This document shows, one piece after another, positions 13,271 through 27,256 of a DNA stretch of 64,000 bases. Location of the stretch: NCBI GenBank assembly GCA_964234715.1, contig OZ174283.1; one strand, written 5' to 3'. Each line of letters begins with the position of its first letter. Within the stretch, counting starts at the first letter, position 1. A program made the position numbers and the translations under genes. The notes beneath the pieces are model-generated. The model was not told where the DNA came from, did not search any database, and was given only the letters and a program-made list of their open reading frames with translations. Origin of the DNA: Podarcis melisellensis (Eukaryota).

Positions 13271-14405
13271 TCTGGGACTTTATGGTGGAGGTTGGGTAAG
13301 TAATTCAATAAATAAAAATAGGAACAAATTAGTAAGGTAATAATAAAATGTTTCTGGATATACATTGTATCATATATTCTAACTTTGTGTGTGTGTGCTT
13401 GTCTGTATATTAACTTTCAAAAGTAACATGTGCCGTGCTTATGTGTGTGAGAGGGGATGTTTTATCTCAAAATTGCATGATATGGTATTCATTGGAATTC
13501 AATATGTAAAGTTATTGATTCAATATATACACTATTGAAGTGTCTTCTGTTGAGTGCAGACCAGGTTTTATCCAGCTAATCCTTTCTTTGAAGTGTTTTA
13601 GTGGCTGCTCAGCTTTTACTGCAGCTCCGGTGCCTGATGCCAGTTGCTTCAGAAGCCTGCTGTTTGGCCAAACTGAGATGCGGTTATAGCTCAAAGAATT
13701 TATAGAAACATTTTATTGTATGTCTGTTTTACTATTTATTGTTGGAAATGTTTCAAAAATGTATGGGACACCTTTTGGATTTATTTTACTCTTCCAGACT
13801 CTTTGATTAGAAAACAATAAATTTCTCACTTAACAAATAGGAATGAGGGTCCTGCAGGCTCTCACAGTATTATTTAAGGTCCAAAATCAGGATGTGTACA
13901 ACCTTTCCTATTATTTTCATGGATAGTTCCACCTTGTGGAAGAATAACCTTGCACGTCCAGGACATTTGCCTTCAAAACAAACACAGGGTAATACATTAA
14001 TTCACAGTTACTTGTTGGCTTGCTGTTGCTTATTTTTTTCCTGTCAAAATTCTGAAAGCCTTTTGTATACCACTGGGCTGCTTCCCAGAAGACTGGACTA
14101 TTGCTCATTATGCTTTACTCTCTGAAATATGGGCACATGTATGTTTTCCCTGTGTGTTGAATATCTGTGTTAGGTTCTCCAAGTGTGTTTGTGTGATTGA
14201 AATCAGGAAAATAGTATGGGGAAGAAGGCTTTCCTTCTCCCATCACTTTGTGGGTGCAGTGGAAGCTAAAGCTGCTTATATCTCATATAGAATTTAATAA
14301 AACACAGGAGGTCCAGTTCACCAACATTGCACAAACTGTGTTCCTTTGCCTGTTGCTCCAAATATGTATCTTTTGCTTTTGTAATTAAACACAGAACCCA
14401 TAGAA

Positions 14406-14544
14406 CAGTGTTCTTCAACCAAGGGGCTCCAGATGTGGGTGGACTACAGTTCCCCTCATCCTTAACCACTGGATTAACCTGGCTGTGTATAATGGGGCTT
14501 GTGGTCCACCCACTCAACTGGGGACCCTCAATTGAAGAATACTG
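14406..14544. mobile_element. Palindromic URR1/Charlie-like hAT MITE
   Basis: CAGTGTTCTTCAA...TTGAAGAATACTG; GGACTACA-TCCC core. Confidence 0.7.
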
Positions 14545-14716
14545 TGAAGGTTCCCCAACCTTGCTTGTATGCATTCTTCAGCTAGCAGGACTTCCCTGTC
14601 CAACAAGATTTCCCCAACTTTCATTTCTTGCCTTTCTTTATCTACATTTTCTCTCTGTATATTGACCTCTGCTTTGGCCTTTTTGACACCATAATGGTTA
14701 CAGCCTTTAAAACCTA

Positions 14717-15080
14717 TAAGGTAAAGGTAAAGGTACCCCTGCCCGTACGGGCCAGTCTTGACAGACTCTGGGGTTGTGCGCCCATCTCACTTAAGAGGCC
14801 AGGGGCCAGCGCTGTCCGGAGACACTTCCGGGTCACGTGGCCAGCGTGACATCGCTGCTCTGGCGAGCCAGAGCTGCACACGGAAACGCCGTTTACCTTC
14901 CCGCTAGAAAGCGGTCCCTATTTATCTACTTGCACCCGGAGGTGCTTTCGAACTGCTAGGTTGGCAGGCGCTGGGACCGAGCAGCAGGAGCGCACCCCAC
15001 CGCAGGGATTCGAACCGCCGACCTTTCGATCGGCAAGTCCTAGGCGCTGAGGCTTTAACCCACAGCGCCACCTGCGTCCC
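14717..15080 (-). mobile_element. Sauria SINE, young CpG-rich copy
   Basis: Full tRNA-like head GGGACGCAGGTGGCGCTGTGGGTTAAAGCC, B-box GGTTCGAATCCC, (ACCTTT)n tail. Confidence 0.95.
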
Positions 15081-18000
15081 CTATGTAAGGAGTTAATTTT
15101 ATCGCCACAACACAGCTGCCATATTCAGGGCCACGCCCAGTTGGGTTATAGGCTATCAGCCAGGCTTCAGACATAAGTTATCCATCCTGCTTCTTTTCCC
15201 ATGTTTGGCCTATAATTTCTTGCTGTGTGCTCAGAATTAATTCTTCCACAGCTGGACCAAGCAAGCTGCTTTTCAAAATCCAAACACTTAACAGTCTTGA
15301 GCTGTAAGTATTGCTTTCAGAGGAACAGTTCAGATATTTCCCCTACTTCTCAAGAGCAGCAAACCTATCATGTACACCCACCCTCCCCAACCCTCCAGTT
15401 GTCTAGGACTACAACTATCATCCCTGGCCAGTTCATCCATGCTGGCTGTAGATGGTGGGAGTTGTTCACAACACCTGGAGTCCAAAACATCTGGAGGACA
15501 CCAGGTTGTGGAAAGCTGATCTCCATGGTCATTAGGCCTTGAACGTGTGTAGTTTTCGACCTGTTACCTTTTGAACATCCATAGAGCTATAGGAGAAGAA
15601 GTTTTCTAACACAAACTTGCAGATGCATGCAGATCTATACCATATGGCTTTGTATAATAAATATGACTTCAGTTGGCTTGACATGCCAATCTGAGGCTCT
15701 TGCTGAGTTCATGGAACAAGGAGGGTGAATCACAAAACTTCATTTTGGTGCTTGTTACAGAAATTCCATTGATATGTTAACACAAAGCTTTTATTATAAG
15801 CAACAGCTGAAGTTCAAAAGGATCAGATTTTCAAAAATGGGCAAGTTGATTTATACAATTGTATTCTTCTAGGCACTGATTTTTTTTATTTCCCAGTGCT
15901 TTTACAGAGTTCAGACAACCAACAAGAACATTTCTCTAGAAGCCTCGTTATCCAAACATACTACATATATATTCTGTTAATAGGACTCTTGGTTGATCTT
16001 AGTGTTTGTGGCAGGGTGCGAGAGATGTGGGTCTCAAACCATTTGTTTGACAGTTGTTAGTCTTGTTAGTCTTGTAATGATCACAGTTTCATTAAATAAA
16101 GCTAAAAAAGCATGTGAATTGCCCAATCTCAATGACATTTTTTTGAAAAGGGCTCCATTCTCTGCTGTCTTGTACTCTAGTGCACGTGGCTCAATATTTC
16201 GAGTGATTGAATGGTCTTTCTGTCTGATACATTTTAATCGATTCCAGGCTTTTCCATGACATCATTGCTATACCAGACTTTTCTTGAAAATAAGAACAGC
16301 TGCATGTACTTTTTAAATGCTTTATGTTACAAAGTGTAGCAGATTTCCTGCTCCACGGAAGTGACTGTGATGCAGCTTGCGATGCAGCAAAATGATTAGG
16401 GCCAAGCAATGAGCCAATAAGTTTTTAACTGGCCCTGTAATTTTTTTAAAAAGGGGGGGCTCACCATCAGGAGCATTCTGTAATACATCAGGGGCAAATG
16501 TGCAGGTTCTTTTGCCACAATGAAGAAAGGCAGATTACGTTTTTGAGCAACTAAGTTACAATGTGTAGGGTAAGGACAATACCGGAACCACTGACGATCC
16601 TGGTATATTAAACTTCATTGAGTTTAACACGCAGCAGAACCTTTTGTGTAGTTTGAGGGTGGTTCTAGAGTGTCACTGTTTGCAGGAAGGATTCAAGCAC
16701 AAATCATAACTTTAGCTTGTGCAGTAAAAAGTGGATTAAATCACTATGCTGTTGTAGCACAACAAATGTACTTTAAAAAGGAAAAGAAATGGACCTTCTT
16801 GCAGTTAGGGCAGTGATGGGGAAATGCATTGAAAAATATGGGATGAATGAATGATGAACAGAATGAATGCAGGATGGATATTTATTGTTATGTTGTCTCA
16901 TAACTGCCCTGCAAAGAAATAAGAATGAATGTTCAATAAACAGGTCAGCTGGAAAAGCAGTGTGTGATACATGCTATTTCTACTTTATGCTTTAAAAATT
17001 GTATAATCATTTTATACATTGCTAACTTAATAGACTCTAAAATTAAAAAGGGAAGGGTTGCTAACAGTTGATGGTGCACTAAAGGTTTCTAGTTTCCCTT
17101 CTTATGGCCTACGCATAGAGGACTGTCCTCTAAAAAGCAGGACATGTGGCCACCCTATGCTGGTTCTAACTTGTGCATCAGGATTTTTCACATTCTAATT
17201 CTACCGGTTTGAATATTTGTTCATAACCTAGTACAGACCTGTCTTTGCCTCTCCTGGGATATATTTTATTCTTGCCTTACTGCTCATAATTGGTTTGTAA
17301 AAGCAAACCATGAGCCCAGGTGCAGAGGTGCTGCTAAGCCAAACCATGGGAGTAACAAACCTTGGTTATAGCTCATGGTTTGTGTAGAGAAATGCAATGA
17401 GCCTGAGTTCCAATGTAATGCTATGCCAAGTATAGCAGGCGTGGAGGAGAAGTGAATTAAGTATGATTTCAGTATCGTGTACCAGGATGCTGTATGTTCA
17501 ACCTTTAAACCATAGTTAAGCTTTACTGTATTTTTAACATGATGTATGTATCAGTCCAGTTCCCCTGATCATGAGCAAGATGGAGCCTGTGATTTTAGGA
17601 AGATTTCAAGCTGTGTTTTACTTTCATTTTTTCTGATGTTTTAATTGTTACAATTTTGTTAGCCATTGTGTAGTCAGTTATTGTTAAAGTTTGGGTATAT
17701 ATAATATAACCAATATGTTTCAAAATCAAAAGGTTCACAGATGGATGTGGGTTTTTTTTTGGGGGGGGGTATTCTGTTCTTCTGATGTACTGACTACCAG
17801 CAGATTGCAAAAGGCTTGCTACAATTCTCATTCATGGTTTTCTTGCAAAGCTTTTAGAAATGTGCAATGAAACTGCTAAATGAAGTTCCAAAAGGTATTT
17901 GGAATAGGGGAGTAAAAGGAGTTTGGTGGGGTCTGCTATAACTAAAAAGAACAAAAGTTGTAGTGCTTCTAGGCAGAGATCCTAAATATTTTAGAGTCAA

Positions 18001-20822
18001 ATATGGAAACGGTTCATAATGTTGCATAGTTTTACTACTACTGACCAACGGAAAAAAACAGTTTAATGAATTACTTTCTTGGAGTAGAAATTTTGCACAG
18101 GTTAAGCTAGTTCTGCTCAAAAGGAAATCAGTTCTTGTGTATTTAGGGAGACAAAGGTAGTGTATGGAAACCATATGACTGCTGCAGTTTAATTACTGTA
18201 TCATGGGCTTGGTCCCAGGAATTTCAGTGCATGAGTCCATTATTTTCTATTTAAGTCCATGGTCAAATGTCTCAAATATTTGACATGCAAGGACTGATTA
18301 TCTATCACATCTCCTGAAATATGGAAAAGACCATTGCCATTTTAAAAGCTTGTTTGGATTGTGTATTTTGACCTTGTATCATGTGGCATGTTAGCCTACG
18401 TAGTTGGATCAGGTGAATTTAGAGATGCTCAAGTAAAGATATGGGCAGTTATTTCAAGTATGTGATGTGTATACTTTGCCGTCCCTGATCCCTTGACTTC
18501 TTGACCTCCTATCCATCAAGGGCAGACCTCCCCCATTGCTTGTTTCACCTTTCTACTGCTACTCAGATGTCCACCCATTTTGCTCTTTGATTCCTTTCTC
18601 CTCAAAAGTATATGACAGTCCCATCTGTAAGACCTTAGTGAAGTTTTGCCTGATCAGCTTTAGATTTTCTTGACAGCACTTGAACTAATTCCCAGCATTC
18701 TGACCCTGCCTCTTTGGCACTTAAAATGTTTCGTGAGCATTCCATGACATCATTACACCTTAAGTAAGACCTAGCAAGTTCACAGGTGTCAAGCTGACAG
18801 GCAATGTTTAGTCTATAAGTATATTTCACTTAATTATAGCTTTTCTTTTTAGTTGGATTTTATAATTTTATGACACTAAACATGAAAACGGCAGGACATA
18901 ACAGTTAGATTACAAGCCAGTTAAGAATAATTATTTATAAGTATTTCTCATCCTCATCTAAGTACCTCTTTCCAATCCATTAGTTTCATACCCAGGGTCA
19001 TTCTCAAATCATAGTTTAAACAGATCACAGTGCCCAAAATGGGTAACTGCAGTTAGTATATAATCAGCAACTGATGGTTCTGATATCCTGGAATACAAAA
19101 AGAAGATGGGAAAGTAGATTGTGTCAGCCTGAGGCTCACCATAGTTTGTTCACATTGTGGGAAACCATGATTTTCTGTAATGTTTGTACTAGGCCAACAA
19201 GTTAACTGGCTGTAACAGTAGAAATCCTGTTAAACAGCAGTGAGCGATAAAGATTTTGAAATACGAAAGGTGGAAACAATAGTGATGCAAGTCTTCATGC
19301 TTGCTCTGTTTTGTGTGTGTTGCACACAAGAAAACAGTAAGCTTATGAGTCTCTCCTCCACCTGTGACCTTTGCCCTGATCTGGGCCCAGGTCTCTTGAG
19401 GTGGAAGTCATTAGTTCCACTTCCCCTTAACGATTTATCTTCCTTTCCTATAGTGTATGTTTAATTAAAATGGCTGCAAATGTATAGTTCATCGGGGACT
19501 GCTACACAACCAAGTCTGGAAAGCATCGCTGCAGCATTTCCTGGGAAAATAGTAGCGTACTGAGCTTCTCCAGAGCTTCAAGAAATATAGGTGTGTATAT
19601 CTTTAGCAACAGTGAATGCAGTAGGGCATGTGCAGTGTAACATCTTGTGTCCTGTACTTCAGGGTACTTCCCTGAAAAAGCAGAGAGGAAAAAGTACGGT
19701 AATTGTTTCTGGAAAGAAGACGTCCTGCAGATAGCTATAGGCAAAGCAGATAGGGTCCTCCACAAACCTGAAATATTGACACAGTGATGCTTTCAAACTT
19801 TAGAGAGCCTTAAATTCCATATCCACAAGGAGCCACAAGGCTCTTGTAAGTACACCCTTACTTGTCTCATCCCCTCCTAATTTAGACTGGCCCTATATGC
19901 TTGGATACCATGGGGAGTTAGCTTTCTACATATCTATTCATTTTGCTTTGCTTCCTGCTTTTCTCTGAGGCTACGCTACCCCTCTTTTGCCTTTGTAACA
20001 TTGGTTCATGCATCCCAGAGCTTCAACTGCTGCTGTATCTTGACATCAAACTATGAATGAAGTTCAGACAAACTACTCTGAAGTGAATCTGAACAAATTT
20101 TATGTGGAGGGGTCAGAGGAGTGCAGTCAGTAGCTGCAAAAGGAGTTCAACATTCTTTCCCCCCTTTGGTACAGGCAGGACTGAAATGGGAGAATGGAAG
20201 CCATGATTACAGGGTGGTGAAATGAGAGCTCCATAGCTGGCCTACTTCTCCTGCCCCCATGAAAGCCCCAAATGAGTCTAGACTTTAGGATTTATAGAAG
20301 GACCCTGGGTCTTTGTCCTATATGCAATATTTAATCTGGATATAGATATTTGTAGCTTCTTTAGCTTCCAAAAAATATGAGTTATGGCACTGAGAAGGTG
20401 AGAACTTCTGCTAAACAAGTTCAGTTGGGGAACAAATATAGTGTGCAAAGTTTTTCATACCTTTTCTTTCTTTCTTAGGTTGCAAATTGTGTGACCGCTT
20501 TGACCATATTCCTAGGTTATATGAAGTTGATCTGTGGACTTCTAGGTCTTTAGAAACAACCACCACCACCAGTGATTTATGCTTTGACTTTCTCAATTTT
20601 ATTTTAGTGGCAATAATGATTAATAGCTAAGCTGCTTTTAAAAATTGCATCGGAAATCAGGCTTAAATGGGAAATATTTGTATTATTTTTCTTGTTTAGC
20701 CATGTTTGCTTGAAAAGGTGAAGGCATATAATGCAAGTCAGAGTTCAACTAGAAGTTTTTGAAGCCACAAAAATGGTAGCCTTGTATCTGATTCTCTCTC
20801 TCTTTCCCATAATATCCATACT

Positions 20823-21248
20823 GCTGTGTTTACATTTCACATTAAACCACAGCTCATATTAAATATGGTTTAATGCAAATAAGCAGTATGCTGGTGCACA
20901 CTGCTCAAAAGTCCATGCTTTGCTCCTCCTGGCTACACCATGTTGGGAGCAGCAAACCAGAAGCTTTGGGTTGGTGTGTCATCTGAACCCAGGCTCATTG
21001 TTTGCTTTCAAAGAAACCATGAGCAGTAAGCCTTGGCTACCACCAAACAAACCACAATATGGGGTTCTGATGGCACAACAAGCCAATGTTTCTGTTTCAT
21101 TGTTCCCAGTGTGGCATGGTCCAGGAGCATTAGAGGAGCCAAGTGGGGACTTTTGAGAAGTGGAGCACTACTATGCTGCTCATTTCCATGCAGCCATAGT
21201 TATATGTTAAGTATTGTTATATTGTTTTAATGCAATGTGTGAACCAGC
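20823..21248. mobile_element. Old Harbinger-like MITE
   Basis: Degenerate TIR GCTGTGTTTACATTTCACATTAAA / TTTAATGCAATGTGTGAACCAGC; AAACCA/TGGTTT internal motifs shared with ~17290-17550 and ~43170-43460. Confidence 0.45.
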
Positions 21249-22029
21249 GCACTGAGATTTCCTGTGCTTCATCCATGTTGTTAGTTGTCTCTTCTAGGCT
21301 CTGTCAAACTTAGAGTTAAACTCACATATTGAGTTTCATTAGATGTTACAGAGGAACAATTGAAAACCAGACATGGGGATGATAGTTCTGGCTATATCCC
21401 TACATCTTTTGGAACCTTCAGTTTTGCCATACGTGACTTGTTTATTTCCTGTATTATAAAATTAGTGTGCAGATTACAGTTAATCTCAGTTTACACGTTT
21501 TTGTCACTAATTACAGAGTACAGCTTGGGAAATGGAAAAGGTATTAACTTTGAGGGAAGACTAAGCCAACCATCTGCTATGCCATGACACCTATTTAATA
21601 GACACCAGCTTTTGTTTTAAGCACACAGTATTGTTTTAACAGAAGTGAAATCTTCTGGCTTTGTTCTTTCTAATAAATAATGATGGAAATATGACTTCAA
21701 TTTTCTATCTTTTTTTTCTTTTTCATTTTAAGCTGTTTAGCAGAAAACAGCTTTTGCGTTTATCTTTCCAAGTTCAGACTGCCTCAAGGCTCAGTAAACA
21801 TTTGCCAAGGAGTCATAATAAGGAGCAATAATCAAATTATTTTGTCCATAAGGACTATTTTTTCCAAGGTCACTGTTGATATGCCCAGTCCCCACCTGCT
21901 GGAAGGATGTTGGAAGGATGGTAAATAGTTTAAGATGTATTAATTCAGAACCTCGCGACATTTGATCTCAGTGTTTTGAACATCTAGCAGTTGGGACTTC
22001 TTCCAAGTATTTTCCTATGTACCTTTCGG

Positions 22030-22232
22030 AGAGGGACCATAACTTAGTGCTAGAACACATGCTGTGCATACTGGACGTCCCAGGTTCAGTCCCCAGCATC
22101 TCTAATCTAAAGGATCTTGAGTAGCAGGCAATGGGACTTTCTCTTTGAGACCCTGGAAAGCCACTGCCAGACAGAGTAGGTGCTTAGAAGGGCAAGCAAT
22201 ATGATAGGGTCTAAAGCACATTCCTATGATCC
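22030..22232 (+). mobile_element. Squam2-like tRNA-derived SINE
   Basis: Head with A-box-like TAACTTAGTGCTAGAAC and B-box GGTTCAGTCCC, GAGACCCTGGAAAGCCACTGCCAG body, TTCCTATG tail. Confidence 0.7.
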
Positions 22233-22259
22233 TCCCATGTAGACCACCATGCAGTCTAG

Positions 22260-22500
22260 GGGCTTATCCACACTTCCATTTGCCCCATGGATCTGAGACG
22301 TTTTCTGCTTGACCCACATTTTCCAGGGATACATCCAAGTGTTTTCCCCCTTGCCCCTCCTCCTTCCCTGGGGAAAATCAGTTCTTTAGCTCTAAATGGC
22401 AGTCAATGGAAAACCCAATTACTGTTTGCTTCAGTTGAGCACTAAAGAGCAGTTTTCCCCAGGGGAAATCAGCAGGACAAGAGGAAGTGTGGATAAACCC
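22260..22500. mobile_element. PIF/Harbinger MITE
   Basis: 18-bp TIR (17/18) GGGCTTATCCACACTTCC; 3-bp TSD TAG on both sides; internal inverted repeat. Confidence 0.85.
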
Positions 22501-22994
22501 TAGGTTTTTGGAAGGGAAAGCCCTGGGTTAAACAAAGCTCCATGCAACACACTTCTTAAAGAGAAAGCCATTCTGGAATGGGAGATTCAAGAGCTGCACA
22601 AATGCAGTTTTCAAACCCTTAAACAACCGAGATTCTCCCTCTAGGAGCTCTATAAATTTAAGAGGGAGATATCAGCCATCCTGAGCATTTCGCCATGGAA
22701 CTGCTGGATTCACTGCTGTGCCCCAGCAGCAGCAGGAAAGCTGTTGTAAGTATAAGACTAGACTAATGGCTTGGTAGCTACTGTATTATTCAACTCATCT
22801 GTCAATCTTCAGGGTGGGCAACATGTGGTAATCTCCCTGCTCTCTGGGATAGCTTTGAACCCTAAATAATTGGCCTATGAGCAAGAGAACAGTTGTAGAG
22901 CAGGATTAGCAGGGAAAGGGGAAAGCTTGACAAGCTAGATGTGGCCTCCAATATCTACGTTGTTGATCCTTTGTTCTGGTGTTCTTGTTTGAGG

Positions 22995-23448
22995 AACATG
23001 GAGTACTGAAACCAGGTCTGGGCACCACTTTTTAAGGTGGACATGGACAAACTAGAGAGGGTCAGGATAGTAAACGGTCTAGGATCCAAGTATTGAGGAA
23101 TACTTGAAAGAACTGGGCATGTTTATTTGAGTGACGTAAAGATTTAAAGGGAGATGTAATAGCTGTCTTCAAATCAGTAGAAGACAGAGCAGGCTTGTCC
23201 CCTCTATTGTTCCTGAGTGCATGACTAGAATCAACAAGGATAAATCAGAAGGAAACAGATTTTGGCTAAATGTTAGGAGAAGCTTCCTAGGTAGAAGCCT
23301 ATTTCACAGTGGAGCAACCTAACTCAGAAGGTGGTGGGTTCTATTTCACACGACATATTTTAGCAGTGGCTGCATAGCCCTCTGCCAGGGATGTTGTTAT
23401 TGCAAAATTCATGCATGCGCCTTTCCAAGTATAAAATTCTATGATCCT
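22995..23448 (+). mobile_element. CR1 LINE 3' fragment (degraded)
   Basis: ORF2 C-terminal remnants (WAP..K.DMDKLER, LKELGMF) ending in ATTCTATGAT. Confidence 0.8.
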
Positions 23449-26400
23449 GCTTCGTAAAGCCTCCTTCATCTTGCTATTTACAAGCATTCATGTCTACTGA
23501 CTTCCCAACTGTATTTTCATCTTCAAACGGGTTGGTCCAACCTGGTCTTTCTAAGGTGAAGTCCCAGAAGCTGCCTTCTTTTTACAATGTGGAACGTTTG
23601 TCTTTGCTCCTCTTTTCTAAGTGAGAAGCATCTCTCTTTGTTTCTTTTCAAAGGAGTTCAAAAGTAACTTTTTCTCAGCCTTTATCAAATCTGTGGGAGG
23701 AATTGCACCCATACACCACTTTATCTTTGCCTTCTCATGACTTCTACCTTTTTATTTTTTGCTTTATAAAAATCTTCTTCAGTACATAAAAGACTTTCTT
23801 GCATGCATGTGCATGACCTAATTACTCAACATTTTGCAAGTTTCAGCTGACTGATGTGTCTCAGGGGCTCTGAAACCTATGTCTCTGATGTTTGATCTCT
23901 GATAGATCTTTTCCACTTTATGTTGCACTTGTCAAGTGTTAAATGTGCATGTGTGATCAGCATAGATCTCCACCCATTAAGACAACACTAGTATTGTTTC
24001 CATGGTAATTTACATTAGAATTACAAATATCAGAACTCAGGCACAGATCCCTTAAATGAAGATTGTCTTGTAAAAGCATGTCTTGTGTATATATTTCTTG
24101 GTGGTGAGATATAAAACTTGGCAAAACTTGAATTGCAATGAGAAGGCAGCAAAGAAAACTGAATTATATCTGTTCAAGAACATTGCTACTCTTTAGTGGG
24201 TTAACCTGGATTCTGGGTCTTAATTAGTACCTTATTTCAGTCTTGCAAATGAGTCCAACTCTTACTGCCTGACTGGCAGTATGTGCCTAGAAAGAACTTG
24301 ATGCTAACTGAAATGTTTAGTCTGCTTTTAAGCATTCATAGCATATCATTGTTTCTTTTTCCTCCCTGCCCTCAGCTATGAGTCCAGTGATTTCGCGGCA
24401 AAATTATGTAGCTAGGAGAGCAGGCAGGCAGCTTTTGGTGGGCATCAAATCTCCATAATAAAATGAACTACCTGAGGGAGGCTTTGGGTGAAACTGCATC
24501 TCTCTCTCTTAAGCACATGAATACAAACACTTAACTGGTGACTTCCAGATTAAAATAGAGGGTCAATGAAGTGGATCTTGCATGTAATCAATGTTCTGAT
24601 GTCACTTTGCTACGAAATTCCTAATTACCTTTCCCAATGGAGACTATAACTGCCTTGCTATGGGGAAATAGCAGGCACACTTAGCTGTGACTTTCCTAAA
24701 CCACTTTCCTTACTGCTATTGACCATTTTCACAGAGGATGCTGGTTGCTGTCACATCACATTAAAGAAGGTCATGGAAGGTCTTATGAAAGTCAGTGGGA
24801 AAACACAAAACAAGCTTTGCTGTATGCTCCTTGGCCAACCTAACTCAACAATTGGAAAGATATTTGCAGTTCTTGAGTTAGATTGGCATAACATCTATTT
24901 CAGCCTGGAAGGACAATTTGCTAAGGCAGTGATGGTGGTTAATCATAGAAGCCACAAGTATGCTTCGCCAACAGCAGCGCTAATTATTTCCCACTGTGGT
25001 GATTTCTGATGTGTGAATCCATTAAGAATCTGGCAGCTTTATTGGAGCAGCCCAACTAGGCTAATTCCTGCCAACATAGATGCTGGACTTCGATAAATCT
25101 TTAATGTTCTGAGAAGGATGAAAGACTTCTGGGTTGTCTCCACTGCTGCTGTTCTGCTCAAACAACAGCATTCTGCTTACACGACAGAACTTTCCTTCCT
25201 CTCCAGCCTTCCTTCAAGAACTTCAGAATCTGCTCCAGAGCATTGGGGAACTCTCTGGGGCAGATGGTGATGCATGTGTGTGGGGAGAAAGAGAGTTCTT
25301 TAGCAGCTCATGCAGCATTGGATAAAGTACAACCTTCTATATGTGCAATCAGTAATCATGGAACCACCTCAACATGCTGTTCTTTCAAATATTGCAAATA
25401 TTATATGTCTTCGATTTCATTGCTGAAATATGATCTAAGTACTGGTAGCACTCTTGCCATTTTTTATTCAGCGTTTGTTAATTTTGCAAGGATGTCGAGG
25501 CGAACTGAAAACTCCCAAGCTCAAGAGTTTCCTAGGTTTTCTCTGAAGTTACACTGTACTGATACCATGGCTAAAAAAGCCCAGTGTATTTATTAAGTGT
25601 TCAGTCAATAGTTTTGCAGCTAATAATGAATAAGCACCTACAATGATCTGTCAACAGTAGAAGTCTTTTGGAGTCATGTATGATCTTCCTGTCTAGTCCC
25701 AGGACTCTAAAGTATTTATTATGTGAAAACAAAGACTCTTAGAGTCAAAGGTAAGCAACTTGGTGCTTAAATAGCAACAGCATGCTCATAAAACGGGAAG
25801 GCAGAAAACAGTTAATAATAGTCCTTCAACAGGCTATACTGCATACTGAGATTTACTTGCACCCTTTACCCCTGTAATCCCTTTTTACTGAATGCCACAG
25901 TTCCCAATGGCCTTGCTCATAAAGAGTAAGCTCACACATTCCCTATATTTTTCATGCCCTCATTAGTTTGTGAGGAATGTAACACTACTGCACGATCATT
26001 TTGTCTAAACAAAGAGCCCAGGGTTTCAGACCCATGGTGTTGAGAGTAGTTTGGGACGTTAAAGATATGCATGGATACAGGAAGTGCGACTCATTTGCAC
26101 TTCCTGCACTGCACCTATCATTAATGTCCGAAGTTGCTTGGAGTGTAGTGTTTATTATGTTGTGTACTACCAGAAGAGTTTAGGGTTTTGGTGCCCCTAA
26201 TTTATGTTGGCTTTTAATTTGTGGTATTTTTAAAATATTAGCTTGGGGAGGGGGATACTTCCTAAGGCCCATACATAGTATTCTAAGTGTAGTCACAACA
26301 TAAATTTGTATAATAACATTATGATGTTGCCAGTTTTAATTTCGAACCCTTTCCTAATGATCTTTAACACAGAACTTTTAACAGCTGCTGCACACAAGCT

Positions 26401-27100
26401 CAACATTTTAACTGAGGTATTCACTACGACCCCAAGATCGGTGTGAGTGAAGTTAGGATTTCAATATGCATTGCTGTACACTTGCTTATACTGAATCACA
26501 TTTGCTATTTAAATGTCTCTTTTTGCTTGGCTGTAGTCAAGATTAAGTTCTGAACACATGTAGCTTCCAGTATTTCAGATGCCAAAACTGTAAATCATGC
26601 ATGCTTTGTGGGGGGTGTTTTTGTGGGTTGTTTTTTTTTTTTTTGGGAGGGCTGGCTGATCACAGAACAGTTTGAGTGCATTTGCTTGCATATGTGAACA
26701 TTCAATTCCACAATTGGACTGGGTTGACAGACAATGGTAATTGAATGTTTTAATTCCCACCCTGACCATACAGAATGGGCTACATTGTAACTATAACTGA
26801 ATAAGCAAAATAATTACAGATATTGGTCCTGGGATGATGGAAGGTAGACAGACTCTCTGACAGTCAATAATTGGGGGAAACCTTTATTTTAGTTGCTAGT
26901 CATGGTTCAGTATTATATCGTTCATAGAACGTTATGTAATTTGTAGTTAACAGTTTTGAGCCCATTATTCCATCTCTTTAAGACGGCCTTTGCCAATCAG
27001 GTTTGAATTGCCACTCCCAGCAGCCTCAGCCAGCACAGATGATGGGTGTTGTAGTCCAAAACATTTGGATGGTACCAGATTGGTGAAGGATGCTTTAACA

Positions 27101-27236
27101 CAGGCATGGCCAAACTTGGCCCGCCAACTATTTTGGGATTACAACTCCCATCATCCCTAGCTAACTGGACCAGTGGTCAGGGATGATGGGAACTGTAGTC
27201 CCAAAATGGCTGGAGGGCCAAGTTTGGCCATGCCTG
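27101..27236. mobile_element. Palindromic URR1-like hAT MITE (136 bp)
   Basis: Long TIR CAGGCATGGCCAAACTTGGCCC...GGGCCAAGTTTGGCCATGCCTG; TSD CTTTAACA/GTTTAAGA. Confidence 0.85.
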
Positions 27237-27256
27237 GTTTAAGAGAAGGCATACAG

